Shown: positions 13,061-24,954, counted from the stretch's first letter. The stretch is 36,249 nt of DNA from Octopus bimaculoides (GCF_001194135.2 NC_068983.1:77617227-77653475), one strand, 5' to 3'. The notes: generated by a model not told the origin, from the letters alone. Made by a program: numbers and translations.

Positions 13061-13179
13061 AGCGTTAAACAACGAAAATAAAACAATACAACAACAATGA
13101 TACTATACTGCTTACAATTTGCCTCTATACGTTATTCACCCATGCCATAGGTGTATGCTACATTGATATATCTGATATC

Positions 13180-13400
13180 TACGTGTATTATATATGTGAG
13201 TGCATGTGTGCCTGCGAATATGTGAGTATAATGTTTATATAAATGTATATACGTTTGTATATATATATATATATATAACTATATATATATATANNNNNNN
13301 NNNATGTATATACGTTTGTATATATATATATATATATGTATCTATATACATACACGCACATGCATATGTATGTTTATGTGTGTAAGTTTGGATGGATGGA
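13180..13400. repeat. (AT)n/(GT)n low-complexity tract with a short gap
   Basis: Directly visible. Confidence 0.9.
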
Positions 13401-14998
13401 TGGCCGGATCGGAAGAAACAGACTGGTCTCTTTCTTTCAGAGAGTATTTTATCCTAGGGTATTGTGCGATAAAACTCATACAACAAGTTATGTCTTAATG
13501 GCTGTCAATACTCTTCAATTACAATTTAAAAATCCATAAAATACATCTTTAAATGGAATTAAAAATCTAGATCACGAACGACACTTTTTTTCCATACTGA
13601 ATTCATATATTAGGTGATGGACACGACGCTGAGTCAGGCAAGGTGGTCACTCTAGCTGACAGACGTTTTCCGAGATGCATACCGTGAAGACTTGGAAAAG
13701 AATAGCTCCACAGACCACCCACTTTTCGAAACACAATGACTGAAAATACAAAAAGTGCATGTTAACGTGTAGAAGACCATTGGCAATGCATATGTTTTAC
13801 CATGGCTAAATTTTGGGAGAAATAGCAACAATAGTAGTAAATTGTGAAATTAATATTTGGATAAATAAAATAAAATGTTAAAGAAATACGCGCTGGCTAA
13901 TTCTGAGAATTCATTAATTAAATTACCTGAATTGAAGCTTCATATATTTTAATTAACACACACACTTAAACATATGTACAAACACTCACACATTCACACA
14001 CTCATTCAAATACAAGCTAAAACAGCATGTGTTACGCACTAGAAATGTGACTTTGCACCGAATAGGCTGACCGATGCCAAAAAAAAACCATTATAACAAA
14101 TAACAATATGAAGTTTTATTTAGCAAATGATCTTTTTGCAATCATTAGCCATCATGTTATTGAAAGAAGATTAAATGGATTTATCTGTAACACAATCCGC
14201 TACACTGAATATTCCAGTATAAATGATCAAAATCGAAAGCATAGTAGCCAGAAGTTGTCTGAACGAAATTATATATATATATATATATATNNNNNNNNNN
14301 NNNNNNNNNNNNNNNNNNNNNNNNNNNNNNNNNNNNNNNNNNNNNNNNNNNNNNNNNNNNNNNNNNNNNNNNNNNNNNNNNNNNNNNNNNNNNNNNNNNN
14401 NNNNNNNNNNNNNNNNNNNNNNNNNNNNNNNNNNNNNNNNNNNNNNNNNNNNNNNNNNNNNNNNNNNNNNNNNNNNNNNNNNNNNNNNNNNNNNNNNNNN
14501 NNNNNNNNNNNNNNNNNNNNNNNNNNNNNNNNNNNNNNNNNNNNNNNNNNNNNNNNNNNNNNNNNNNNNNNNNNNNNNNNNNNNNNNNNNNNNNNNNNNN
14601 NNNNNNNNNNNNNNNNNNNNNNNNNNNNNNNNNNNNNNNNNNNNNNNNNNNNNNNNNNNNNNNNNNNNNNNNNNNNNNNNNNNNNTCAGATTGCATGAAT
14701 ATCATTCAACCACGGTAGTGGTTGAATATATTCTTAAGTCCACCATTTCGTCAATCGCAGCAGCTTCTAAGCTTCTCCACTAATTCAGTTCTCAACTAAA
14801 TTGCAAACTGTTAATAGTTTCAAAGAGGACATCTCCTCAGCTACACTTTGGCATAAATAGTTTGAGATTTGGTTCCGTAGTAAAAAGTTACATCAAAATA
14901 TCTGCGAATTCAAGGGGGCAGTATAGCATATATTTATCTTCAATTAACATACATTTTTAAATTTTAAATTAAAAGTATACTTTTCTTTGGTTTAAATG

Positions 14999-15167
14999 TG
15001 TTGTGTCGACGCCCCAAGCGAAGAACTAGGATCGCCCAAGACATATATAAATAGAGGTAGTCTGACCGTGGTAGGGCGTTGGTCGAGCTGTTGTGTAACG
15101 GTTGAGTAGAGATCATCCGAAAGTGCTAGATAGCAGTAGCTTAAGACATAACAGTGGCGACGAGGAT
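14999..15167 (+). mobile_element. Short 5' LTR (~155 bp) with primer-binding site of a truncated Ty3/Gypsy-type retrotransposon
   Basis: Termini TGTTGTGT (14999) and ACATAACA (15153) are inverted repeats at 7/8 nt; internal TATATAAATA; followed after one base by TGGCGACGAGGAT (15155-15167), complementary to the 3' end of metazoan tRNA-Ser(GCU) (..ATCCTCGTCGCCA, from recall). Confidence 0.75.
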
Positions 15168-15349
15168 TCGCAGCTCACACAACCACTGTGTAGTAATGCA
15201 ACATAACAAAATGATAGAAAAATGAGTGAGGAATTCAGAATCGTTAGCTGCATTGAAAATATTACGAAATTCTATGTCAGTAAGTAAGGAGTAACGCTTA
15301 AGCAATAAGAATAAAGAATAGATTTCTAAGATGAATATTTACGTTCTAA

Positions 15350-15440
15350 GCTGGCGAGCTGGCAGAAACGTTATCTCGCCGAACGAAATGCTTAGCGGTA
15401 TATCGTCATTTCAAATCTCGCCGAGGTCGACTTTGACGTA
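15350..15440 (+). mobile_element. Truncated, internally deleted SINE (head region)
   Basis: ctggcgagctggcagaaacgttatctcgccgaacgaaatgcttagcggtat..ttcaaatctcgccgaggtcgacttt. Confidence 0.8.
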
Positions 15441-16774
15441 CAGGTTATTTAATTCATTTTGTTAACTAAACACTCTCAAACATCCGATACTGGTAGAATG
15501 TGTAACATAGAGCAGGGTTTACGCTTAACGTTTTTGACAAAATTTTGTATTTTAGAAGTTATTTCCTCAGAAGTTACAGAGTGACAACGGGCAAATTCGT
15601 GTTTGATAAGTGCCAATACACGAATCTCACAGCTTTTGACTTACAGTGAAGTGAAAGCCTTCTGTATGCATCCAGAAGATTGATGTGTGCATGTAGTATT
15701 CTCAGTCTTTCATTTTTATGTGTGTCGTGTTTGCTTTGATCCTTTGAGAGTTTTAGGCAGGTATATCTCGGTTCATTGTAGCCAAGTCGATACCACGTGC
15801 CTGTCTGGTACGTCTTTATACACTTTGTGGCTGTTTTCATATTGAAGTATTAGCATATATTATATTAGATAAAACTGCCCACTCGATCATATCTATATAT
15901 ATATTTACTTTTGCCAAGGGCTGAGCAGCCAACAGTTCCATTGCGCTGCTTGCACGTTCTACATTTGGTGTTAGAATATGTTTTCATTACTTTTTCCCGA
16001 TAATTGTCTGTGATCAAGCATTGGTATTGTGTAACTAGAATCGATTGTTTCGTTTCTACATTTAAGGTTCACTTTGTTTTACTTCTCTGTTGCGTCTTGC
16101 ACGGTATCGATTCTGGAGAGGATTTCTCTCCTGTTCATATTAAGTATATTTAGTAAATTCTCCTTGTTATATCATTGTTAGCCTTGTTGCTTTGATAACT
16201 ATTTTGGTGTCTTATTTGCAATTGTAATTTCATAGCATAAAATCGATGTAAAGTGCGTTTTCATATCTTTTTATCTCTTATTATAGCTAACTGGTTTAGC
16301 CTTTTATGTGGTAGGTGATTTTTACCTTTCTTCCGAATTGTATCATGCGTATATTTTACAACGGAACAAATGTGATCAGCGAACAATCTTATCATAATGT
16401 CATTTATATGGTGCCACAATATCATCCGTAATTCCCACTCGCTGATTACTTAGACGGCCCTTGTTCATTGAAACTGATGTTTAGAGATTCAACTGATACT
16501 TCACAAATAGCTTCACTGAATTAGTATATCATGTTGAATCATGAGCAGATACAAACAAATGTTTAATCCCTCTCATTAAAATTTCACTCTTGTGTCCCTC
16601 CCAGGACGACACTTAATTCTTTCATATACTTGATGTCTTCGTAGATCTCTGCATTCAACTGCATCTCTCCTAGGCCCACATTTATTTCACAATTTATCCC
16701 CCTTTGGGTGCTTGTTACTCGTCCGCAAGTAGATGTTTGTGGATTTTCAACAATATTTCGTTTCACTGCTCAGA

Positions 16775-18560
16775 ACTCCCTACCGGTAAAGAGAGTGAAC
16801 TTTACTGCCTACATCGACCGCCTACCGCAGATCTCGGTGAATGAAGCAGAGCGTTGCAGAAAACGATGAAAGCGTCCGAGAAACTGGAAATAATGCTTAT
16901 GTGCATGATGAGAAAACTACTTGCTCTAGATGGTCTGCTCTTTCAATTTTAATTTAATATGCCAGTTTTGTTTGGAGGACACTAGGCAGATATCTACCAC
17001 AACTGGCAGCAGTTATGAGTCAAATAGCTGTGGGGCTGTTGAAAAAGTATGCACATAAGGGAGATTACATCCATGTTTTTTGACCCACAACTCTGTAATA
17101 AGCAGATTTCAAAATTTGGTTAAGATGATAGTCAAGAGTCCGGCGCATGTTGTCGATATCATGATTGATGATTGCAAATATACGCATCTACGCATGACAA
17201 GATCCACCTCATGCAATACATCATAGAAAGGGTCATTTGTAGCCTGGCCCCTTGACCCGATTATATTAAGCGAAAACTCTCGATAGTTTCGATTACAAAT
17301 GCTTAGCGACTGTCCTCACATCAGCTTGTTTCGTACCCGTCTTTTTTGTTTGAATACCGCAATGTACTGTGGTATCTAATTGCTGGTTATAGTTTCTGCC
17401 TTTCGTCTCTTCTGTATATAATAACATTTGAGATACTACCACGGAAACTAAAGGCGTTGAGGAGCATCTTGCGTAAACTAATATGACACGTGTTGAGATT
17501 GGGCACTTGTCCTAGTGACCAGGTTGATCATGGTTTTGTGGGATTTCCATAGACAGTCCTCAGATTTATTTTACGGATCTGCAATTCTTTTTGACGGATC
17601 TGAATCGATAGAAGAACAAATTAGGAGCCTGACATCTAGAATATCGTCAGGCACTCACGGCCTTCTAGCAGTCCAGAAAAATGATATGTGTAAGTTGTAC
17701 GCTAGTAATATATTGAAATCTACTGGTGGATAAAAGAGATGATGTTTTCGGAGAAATTCAAGGCGGCAAAGAGGATCAACTAGCTGCTCTATTTCGGATG
17801 ACGTTTGGGTCCATGAATAACTTCTAGAAATCCCTAGGCTGTCAACGCTACAGAGAAGCACTGCCAGTTCGAGATAATCACTACAAGCACGGAAGCGCTA
17901 TGAAGCGGGACACTCTGAGATGCACGCGGAGCGATGATACAGCTTTATATGCAGTCTTGCAGTGTCTTGTTACCGTGTGTGCAACGAATCTGACAATTGG
18001 CTGAATCCATCATGAGGATCACCCAAAAACCCACCTTTAATAAGGCAGAGCTGGCGGTGTTCCTCTGCTAAGCGGCTATGGCCATAGAGATTGGGTGGTG
18101 AACGAGGCTGGGAGCATTGAGGAAAGACACCTTCGTCTTCGTTCAAACTCCCAATGATTTCTTAAAGTTTCACTTGAAAAAGAAAGACATAGTGAAGGGT
18201 GAAGTACTGCCATCCAATGTATTTGTGAACAGTGGGTGAAAGTGATATAAATGTTTAGAGTGAATGGCTCATGTATGCGCCTGTACATTAGAGAGCAGGA
18301 GGTTCTCGTACTTTTGGTGATCAGAGTAATACTGAATCTGTGAGGTTCCTTGATTGGCCCTAGTTGTAGTCTCTTTTGTATCAGGAGGACTATATCATTC
18401 ATGTTATCACATACCTTGTGTACTATGTACACGTTTATCATGTTCCACTGGCCTTTCCATTTGATTCTCTTCTCGCCATCCTTCATTGAAAATCTCACAC
18501 AAACTCTTGCTTGTCCTTGTCATGTCCCCCTCATCTATGACGCTGTTTCTGATAATAGAA
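16775..18560 (+). mobile_element. L1/Tx1-clade LINE, 5'-truncated and internally deleted, with 3' end
   Basis: Collinear ORF2 remnants: FTAYIDRLPQISVNEAERC; LDGLLFQF..DIYHNWQQ; THDKIHLMQYIIERV; AKTLDSFDYKCLATVL; LLYIITFEILPRKL; DQLAALFRMTFG; ALPVRDNHYKHGSAMKRDTLRC...LQC (C-terminal zinc-binding region); WWTRLGAL..FLKFHLKKK. Followed by a 3' UTR and an (ATT/ATC)n tail. Confidence 0.82.
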
Positions 18561-18617
18561 ATTATTATCATCATCATCATCATCATCGTCATCATTATCA
18601 TCATCATCACCATCGTC
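18561..18617. repeat. (ATC)n microsatellite; LINE tail and SINE 5' flank
   Basis: Directly visible. Confidence 0.93.
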
Positions 18618-18619
18618 AA

Positions 18620-18772
18620 AGTGGCGAGCTGGCAGAATCCTTAGTACGCCGGGCACAAGGCTTAGCGGGGGCGGCTTTGCATTTCATCCTGTCGGAGTCG
18701 ATAAAATAAGTGTCAGGCGAACACTGATGTCTATGTAATTGATTTATCCCCACCCCAAAATTTGCAGTGAAA
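18620..18772 (+). mobile_element. tRNA-derived SINE, internally deleted
   Basis: gtggcgagctggcagaatccttagtacgccggg...tttcatcctgtcggagtcgataaaataagt; followed by an (ATT)n tail. Confidence 0.85.
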
Positions 18773-18784
18773 TTATTATTATTA

Positions 18785-18842
<58 letters not shown>

Positions 18843-18859
18843 CATTATTATCATTATTA

Positions 18860-18913
<54 letters not shown>

Positions 18914-18968
18914 GTAGTAGTAGTAGTAGTAGTATTATTATATCGTTATCATTATTATTATTATTCAA
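18773..18968. repeat. (ATT)n-(AGT)n-(ATT)n compound microsatellite
   Basis: Directly visible. Confidence 0.97.
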
Positions 18969-20299
18969 TTAATGGGCAAGTTGTTTATGCAATTATAGGA
19001 AATTGACTCTTCATTCTTATCTACTGGCGTTTATTTTAACTTTTCTGAAAAATAAAAGTCAAAATCAACAGACAAGAATTTAAGTCATGATGTCATAGAA
19101 CACAATGCAATTTACCATAAAACATCTAGGCATAGCTCGCTAGTAGCAGGGTTAAAATTAAATCGATCGTCTGGAGATAACTAAATATGTGGTTATGGCT
19201 AACATGCTCTGCTGCTACCCTGATATAAAAGCAAGCGCAATATAACATTAAAATAACAACCAAAACACTGTCTAAGACTTCAAAGTGATCGTGGAAATTT
19301 AAAAGGTGATATCCTGTAAACAACATATCAAAGACAAACACTACTAAATTGAGAACACAGACAGGTTCAATTACCATGAAACAGTGAACCAGATGTAATA
19401 GTAACAGTATTAGGAGAAATTGACTGCACCGAGAAGAAATATTTAAACACAGATTTCATAGACGCACATGCTTCACCACATGCACTTATATGTATACAAT
19501 CATTTAGTTATTTCTTTATGATAAAAAAAAAAACAATTTGGAAGCATTAGTCTAATCTTTTCCTCTTTTAATCAAATGATACATCGAACATCACTAAATG
19601 GAAAGTATGTCTGTAATGTGTTTGTCTTTCTTTCATATATATATATACATTAATTTCATTTGTACATATATGTGATATAAATATGCAGTCTGTTCCAGCT
19701 AAATAAAAGCGAAACTGCGCATTACGTCATTGCGCAAGCTTCTACCTCGATGGTCGGCTTGCTAGAAAGAGCAGTTGTATTAAAAAAAATTACACCCTCC
19801 TATCACTAAAGGAGAGTTCACGTTAAGCATTGTAGTAGTTTTTACACAAATAGACTGATTGGTGTAACTGGAAACATGTCGATATATTATTGCTCACTCT
19901 AGACTGTATGGTGCTCAATAGATAAGTAACAGCAATAGTCATAACATTTGGCACAATCGATAAACAAAAAGCTTTTATTTTCTACCCAGTCCTGTCCAAT
20001 GAGTATAATTAGGATACAAAGAAAAATGATCATGCCTACATAAGCTTTCCATTTGCCCTCTAAAGAGAGCTTGGTGACACACCTCGCCAGCATGTGGAAT
20101 GACAAAGGTATCGACGTTCTCTCGTGTCTCGTGTTTATTCTTGTGTTGCAAAAGGTGTACAACGTTATCATCACTTTAGTCGACATATAATCAGATGGGT
20201 TTTTACTGTGGACATGAGGCTTTTTGTGACTCCACAGAATTTCAAAACGATTTTAGTGTACTATCACTGACGTTATGAAGAGAAAACCAGCTGATACAC

Positions 20300-21065
20300 G
20301 CTTAGCAATACACACTTAGAAAATTAACCAAGTAGAATATGGGCATTGTCAATTGTTTCATCATGGGTATCATAGTCTATGCACTTAGGGTCTGCTCCAC
20401 TTTTAAAGACATTAGCTTAATACATTTATATTCTAGGCTCAAGCAGCAAGAATAAATTCCTCTGCATTTGCCTTGAACCACAAACTCTGCATCTACTTGT
20501 TTGTGTTTGGCCTACATCATCTTCCTAGATGCAAATAGGATATTGGTGACGTAGAGGTTTCTGCTGCTATGTATATTCTGGGATTTTAAGTACTGCTTTT
20601 GATTGCGTCCTTAGAATTTTGGCTGCCTTTGTTGGTATTAGATCAGCTTCATTAGCATATTCCATTTCTGAAAAGCATAACATTACTCTATATTTCTCAG
20701 ATTCTTTGTTTATAAAATAGATTTTTATTCTCTGACTTGTATTCTCTGCAATATCGTCTAATTATTGCTATAATACATCTGCAGGCCAATTACAGTTGCT
20801 TTATATTTCTAATAACATCAGCCCCTTTCTCGTTCTTTCCTTGGCAGCTAGAAGCGGTCTATATCTACCATTGGACGGTGCATCTATATTGGCAATTTAC
20901 TGGGTTTTGTGTCCATTCTTTGTAGTTCAGCTAGTTAGCGGCTGATGATATTGAAACCATTTGTAAAACCGGTACTGCTAAGGTATTAATAGATTCTATA
21001 TGGTTTTTCAAGTTCAATGAAACTCCCAAGAAAGACTTACATTTCAGTCGTATAAGTTTCAAGTC
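20300..21065 (-). mobile_element. Highly decayed R4/Dong-clade fragment (post-RT region to CCHC)
   Basis: NLKNHIESINTLAVPVL; EEFILAA; GADPKCIDYDTHDETID, relics of the motifs NxxNxIxAINTLAVPV, EGFILAAQ and CRLC..ETIDH. Confidence 0.65.
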
Positions 21066-21069
21066 CTGT

Positions 21070-21212
21070 GCTTCATTCAAATTCTGTCGACGCTAGCTTT
21101 ACTATTCATCCATTCGGGGTCAATAAAATACGTACGAGATTTAATCTTGGGTCGACGTAATCATCTGGCCCTTCCTCTAAATTGCTGACTTTATGATAAC
21201 TTTGAATCCATG
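21070..21212 (+). mobile_element. SINE 3' half
   Basis: ttcaaattctgtcgac...ttcatccattcggggtcaataaaatacgtac...gggtcgacgtaatc...aaattgctg...tttgaatcc, then (ATT)n. Confidence 0.75.
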
Positions 21213-21301
<89 letters not shown>

Positions 21302-21326
21302 CATTATTATTATTACTATTATTATT
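21213..21326. repeat. (ATT)n array shared by the SINE tail (+) and the R4 tail (-)
   Basis: Directly visible. Confidence 0.97.
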
Positions 21327-23052
21327 CAGTAGTCATAATTTAATCACGTATTTTCCCTGCATTACCGAGCGTTGTGCTCTGAGTATGAGCTGTGGTTTGT
21401 TGTGGTGCTTTTACTTTTGTATATTACATATACTTGTACGTCCTAGTGTTTTTGTTATGTATCTGTCTGAATGTTTCTTTTTTTTTATCATGCTTAATGT
21501 GCCAACTATGGTAGGAATTGTTTCTGTTTTTTGAAAGTTTCTCCGTTTCGTTTAGAGAAACATTGTCATCTGTTGGTATTCATACATCGATTAGAAAACA
21601 TTTTATTCTTGTTGATCTCTGATAACTATATACGGCATTTTGGCCTTAATTACTGGATCTATGTTTATTGACATATCCCAGGGTATGATTGCTTTCTCAT
21701 TTTCTGAGATCTTTTGTGACATGTGTATATACTATTTTTTCTGTTGTTATTCCATAGAGTTGGCATAGATTCCAGTGTATATAGGTCCCAACTCTGTCCT
21801 GTATGTGAATATATTCCTTCTTAACCATGACTAGGCATCCAGAGACCATATGATTTGTTTCTTTTCCATCTCCACATTTTCTGCAGTTAATTGTATTTCT
21901 TTCCATGGCGTGTTTTTGGTGATTTCTGAGCGGAAGACTTGGGTCTTGTGCTGCATTTAAAGATCCTTTAGTATCTTCTTTGAGTCCTGAGCTTCTCAGC
22001 TATTGTTGGGATTTTGCTTTGTCTCTTTCTTTTCTATTTATCTAAACCCAATATTTGACATGAAGGGACTTTTTTTGCCATCGTGCTATCATGATACTTT
22101 GCTGTTCCAGTTTTAGTTTGGATTTCAGTTGTTTTACAGCTTTTCTTGTTTCTTCTTTTTCTTCATATTTGTTAGGTACTATGACTTTGTATTTGTCTGC
22201 TTCTTTACAGACTGAAAACAGTTTTGTTTGTTTTGCTCGTGTTTTGTGGCTATTTGTGTTAGTTTTCCTTCCTTCTGATGTAGGTATTTCTGTAGTCCTA
22301 TGGTGCTTATTTTGCAATAGTTTTCTCGGTGTATAAAGCGTCTAATATCTTCGATATGTAAATATATAGCCTTTCTATGGCAGATTTTGGGTGGTGCATC
22401 CTAAATGCTGTCATAATTTTTCTTGTTTTCCTTACTATTTTGATTAGTTCATTTAGAGTCCATTTCAGGAAATTATAGCTGTAACTTATAACTGAGATGG
22501 CTACAGTGTTGATACCTATTATCTTGTTTTTCGCATTGAGCTTTGTTTTCAGTGTTAATCGATCCTTTTCTTATCTTCTCTCTCATTTGTGTGTGTTGTA
22601 TCGTTCATTGATTTTAACTATTTGTTTGTCGGGCTTTGGCTTAATTCTTTTATTTCGTTTGCTTTATCTAGCGTGATCATGTCATTGCTTTCCTTTTTTC
22701 AATGTTTTCCTTTTTTCAAGGTTGCTTTGGAACATTTATGGAAGCCTAATTTCCTGTTTTTTCTTTGGTAAATTCATGTTCTGTCTGTAAAAATGTTTCT
22801 AGCTGCTTATCTTTTGTAGCCTACAATTTCAGATCATCCAGGTGGTTGATTGTTTTGCCGCAACAGTTGTATGCACATTCATTTCTGTATAGCATGTCAG
22901 ATAAAGGTCTCAGTGCCAATCAGGCAAGGGATGGAGAGAGCGTGTCTGCTTGGAATATTTCTCTTCTAATGGGGATGGCTTTGTATTTTACAAGTCCCTC
23001 TTTCGTCAGGAGCTGAACCACTGTCTGCCAATTACTTATGGGATGTTTATTT
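21326..23052 (-). mobile_element. R4/Dong-clade retrotransposon family A, 5'-truncated within RT, pseudogenised
   Basis: IPIRREIFQADTLSP (RT4); TINHLDDLKL (YMDD motif with deletion); LGFHKCSKATLKKGK; MHHPKSAIERLY; RWQKKSLHVKYW; CRKCGDGKETNHMVSGC..EYIHIQD (CCHC); IPWDM..AKMPYIV..CFLIDV*IPTDDN..EKLSK (REL nuclease); 3' UTR like that at 61-160. Confidence 0.93.
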
Positions 23053-23772
23053 TTGTTGTTGTTGTTTTGCTTCTCAGAAAGTTCAGTTTTGTTTATTCTG
23101 GTAAGTTCTGTGAGAGCGGACTGCAGCCTGCTTTCAGAGGTCTCACAGGGTTTTTTTCAGCAGACTATAAGCTTTGATATTTGGTTTTTAATTATCGTGG
23201 GAAACAATCGAAATCCAATTATCAATCTCAAAATCTTAGCTGTCCCAGCACATCGGTTTTCGGAGCCTTGCTCTGCTCTCACATCAATTCCGACTTTTTT
23301 GACATATTTCTCGAACTTGGTTGTTAGCGGCCCGAGTGCCCCTACTGGAATCACAGATACTCTGCTCGCAATCTACATTCGTGCAATTTCGTTTCTTAGG
23401 AGTCTGTACTTTTCAATATTTTGTAGTTTTTTTTTTGTCATATACGCTTGCATCTCTAGTTATTGCAATATCGATGAACTTGGTTTCCTTTTTTCCTGTA
23501 ACTGATACAACAATATCTGGTCTTAGAGCCTCGATTAGGAAGTCACATTAGATTGTAAAATTTCACAGTATCTTCTGTTGTTTGTTCTCGGTGATTAATT
23601 CTGCTTCCTGTTCGTACTATTTCCGTGCTCTGTTCAGGCCGTACTTTTCACGTAGTCTCCAGTGGACGAACTTAACCACATTATCGTGCTTCCTTTTGCA
23701 GTACGTTTGGACCAGGTTGCTACAATCACGCACAATCTGTAAGATTGTTTCGTTTCACAATATGTGAGATTG
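23053..23772 (-). mobile_element. R4/Dong-clade retrotransposon family B, 3' portion (CCHC remnant, REL nuclease, 3' UTR, (CAA)4 tail)
   Basis: ETILQIVRDCSNL..KHDNVVKFVHWRL; RPDIVV..KFIDIAI..EKYRLL (PD..D..K); VIPVGALGP; GTAKILRLIIG. 3' UTR unrelated to that of family A. Confidence 0.9.
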
Positions 23773-23826
23773 CTTCTTCTTCTTCTTCTTCTTCTTCTTC
23801 TTCTTCTTCTTCTTCTTCTTCTTCTT

Positions 23827-23901
<75 letters not shown>
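23773..23901. repeat. (CTT)n-(ATT)n compound microsatellite
   Basis: Directly visible. Confidence 0.97.
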
Positions 23902-23903
<2 letters not shown>

Positions 23904-23904
23904 A

Positions 23905-24125
23905 ATGGCGAGCTGGCAAAATCGATAGCACGTCGGGAAAATGTTTTGCGACATTTCTTCCGACTTTTTACGTTCTGAATTTAAATTCTGCCAAGGTCGC
24001 CACTGCCATTGATCATCTCGATGTCGATAGAATAAGTATCAATTGAGCACTGGGATTAGTGTAATCTAAGGACCTCGTCCCCATAAAAAAAATGAATATG
24101 ATTTGTAATTGGAAAATGCTATTAT
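23905..24125 (+). mobile_element. tRNA-derived SINE, diverged
   Basis: atggcgagctggcaaaatcgatagcacgtcgggaaaatg...ttacgttctgaatttaaattctgccaaggtcg...ataagtatcaattgagcactggg. Confidence 0.82.
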
Positions 24126-24954
24126 TTTTTTTATTAATCTTGCAGAAAGGGCAATGACATATGAAATGTGACTCATAGATAGGTATACTTTACACCCACA
24201 AAGACCAAATTCCAGAGTATAAGTGTCTCTGCTTTGGAGAAATCCAATTGTCGATTCGTGTGAACATAGAGTCATTTAATAAGTTTTTCTACTGTTTTCT
24301 TCATATCTGACAGTTTCATAATCATAAGCACCATAACGTAGATAGATTTCCATTAGAGAATTTTCCAAAATGACAATGTCACTCTGAAACACTGAGGTGA
24401 GAGAGAATTCTGGATATTACTAGTGGGCTCAGATATTATAGTTATCCAGAACAGACAAGGCAGTTGGATTCCTTCAACTATAAGAGCTTGAAAATCTGTG
24501 TTTACATTATGTCTCAATATTCTTACAAAATAAACATTATTTAACAGACCGGTTAAAGAATAACAAAAAAAATGGTATTTAGGACGAAGATAGTCCTTCA
24601 GAAATAAGTGCTAACAGTAACACATTTCCTTGGTTAGCAAAGATTTTCAAGAAAGTAATGCTAGTGGATTTTGAAAATATGATTGTTCTGGTATTCATTT
24701 AACTATATGAAATCGCTATAAATTGTTTTGGTTTAATTTGGAATATTAAATCAGTATTCCCAGACATTTTTCTAATGCAGATCCACTAAAATTGAATTGA
24801 GCAGTAACGAAACTTTTGTAGCATCCTTCTTAACATATTTCTCGGAAATGTATTAATAGAGAATTATTGAAGACGTTTCTTCCCAAAAGTCACAATGTAC
24901 CTCTTCCCATTTACTCCTTTCTTTATTTCAACGTATAAAATACATGAGAGTAAA

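Noticed and set aside
13610-13760. Protein-like frame LTDVFRDAYREDLEKNSSTDHPLFETQ
   Set aside because: No recognisable family, flanked by stops, no convincing splice pair
15550-16330. Possible decayed Penelope endonuclease region on the minus strand
   Set aside because: Coding-like texture but no unambiguous motif recovered by eye
16585-16660. Strong acceptor tttcactcttgtgtccctcccAG at 16603-16604
   Set aside because: All three downstream frames stop within ~40 nt; could only be a non-coding exon
18076-18498. 140 aa minus-strand ORF
   Set aside because: Antisense to the Tx1 ORF2 C-terminus and 3' UTR
23038-23505. 155 aa plus-strand hydrophobic ORF, and others at 22091-23177
   Set aside because: Antisense shadows of the minus-strand R4 coding sequence
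24122-24190. Strong acceptor (24144-24145) with donor at 24183
   Set aside because: The 37 nt segment has stops in all frames, and the tract is a SINE tail
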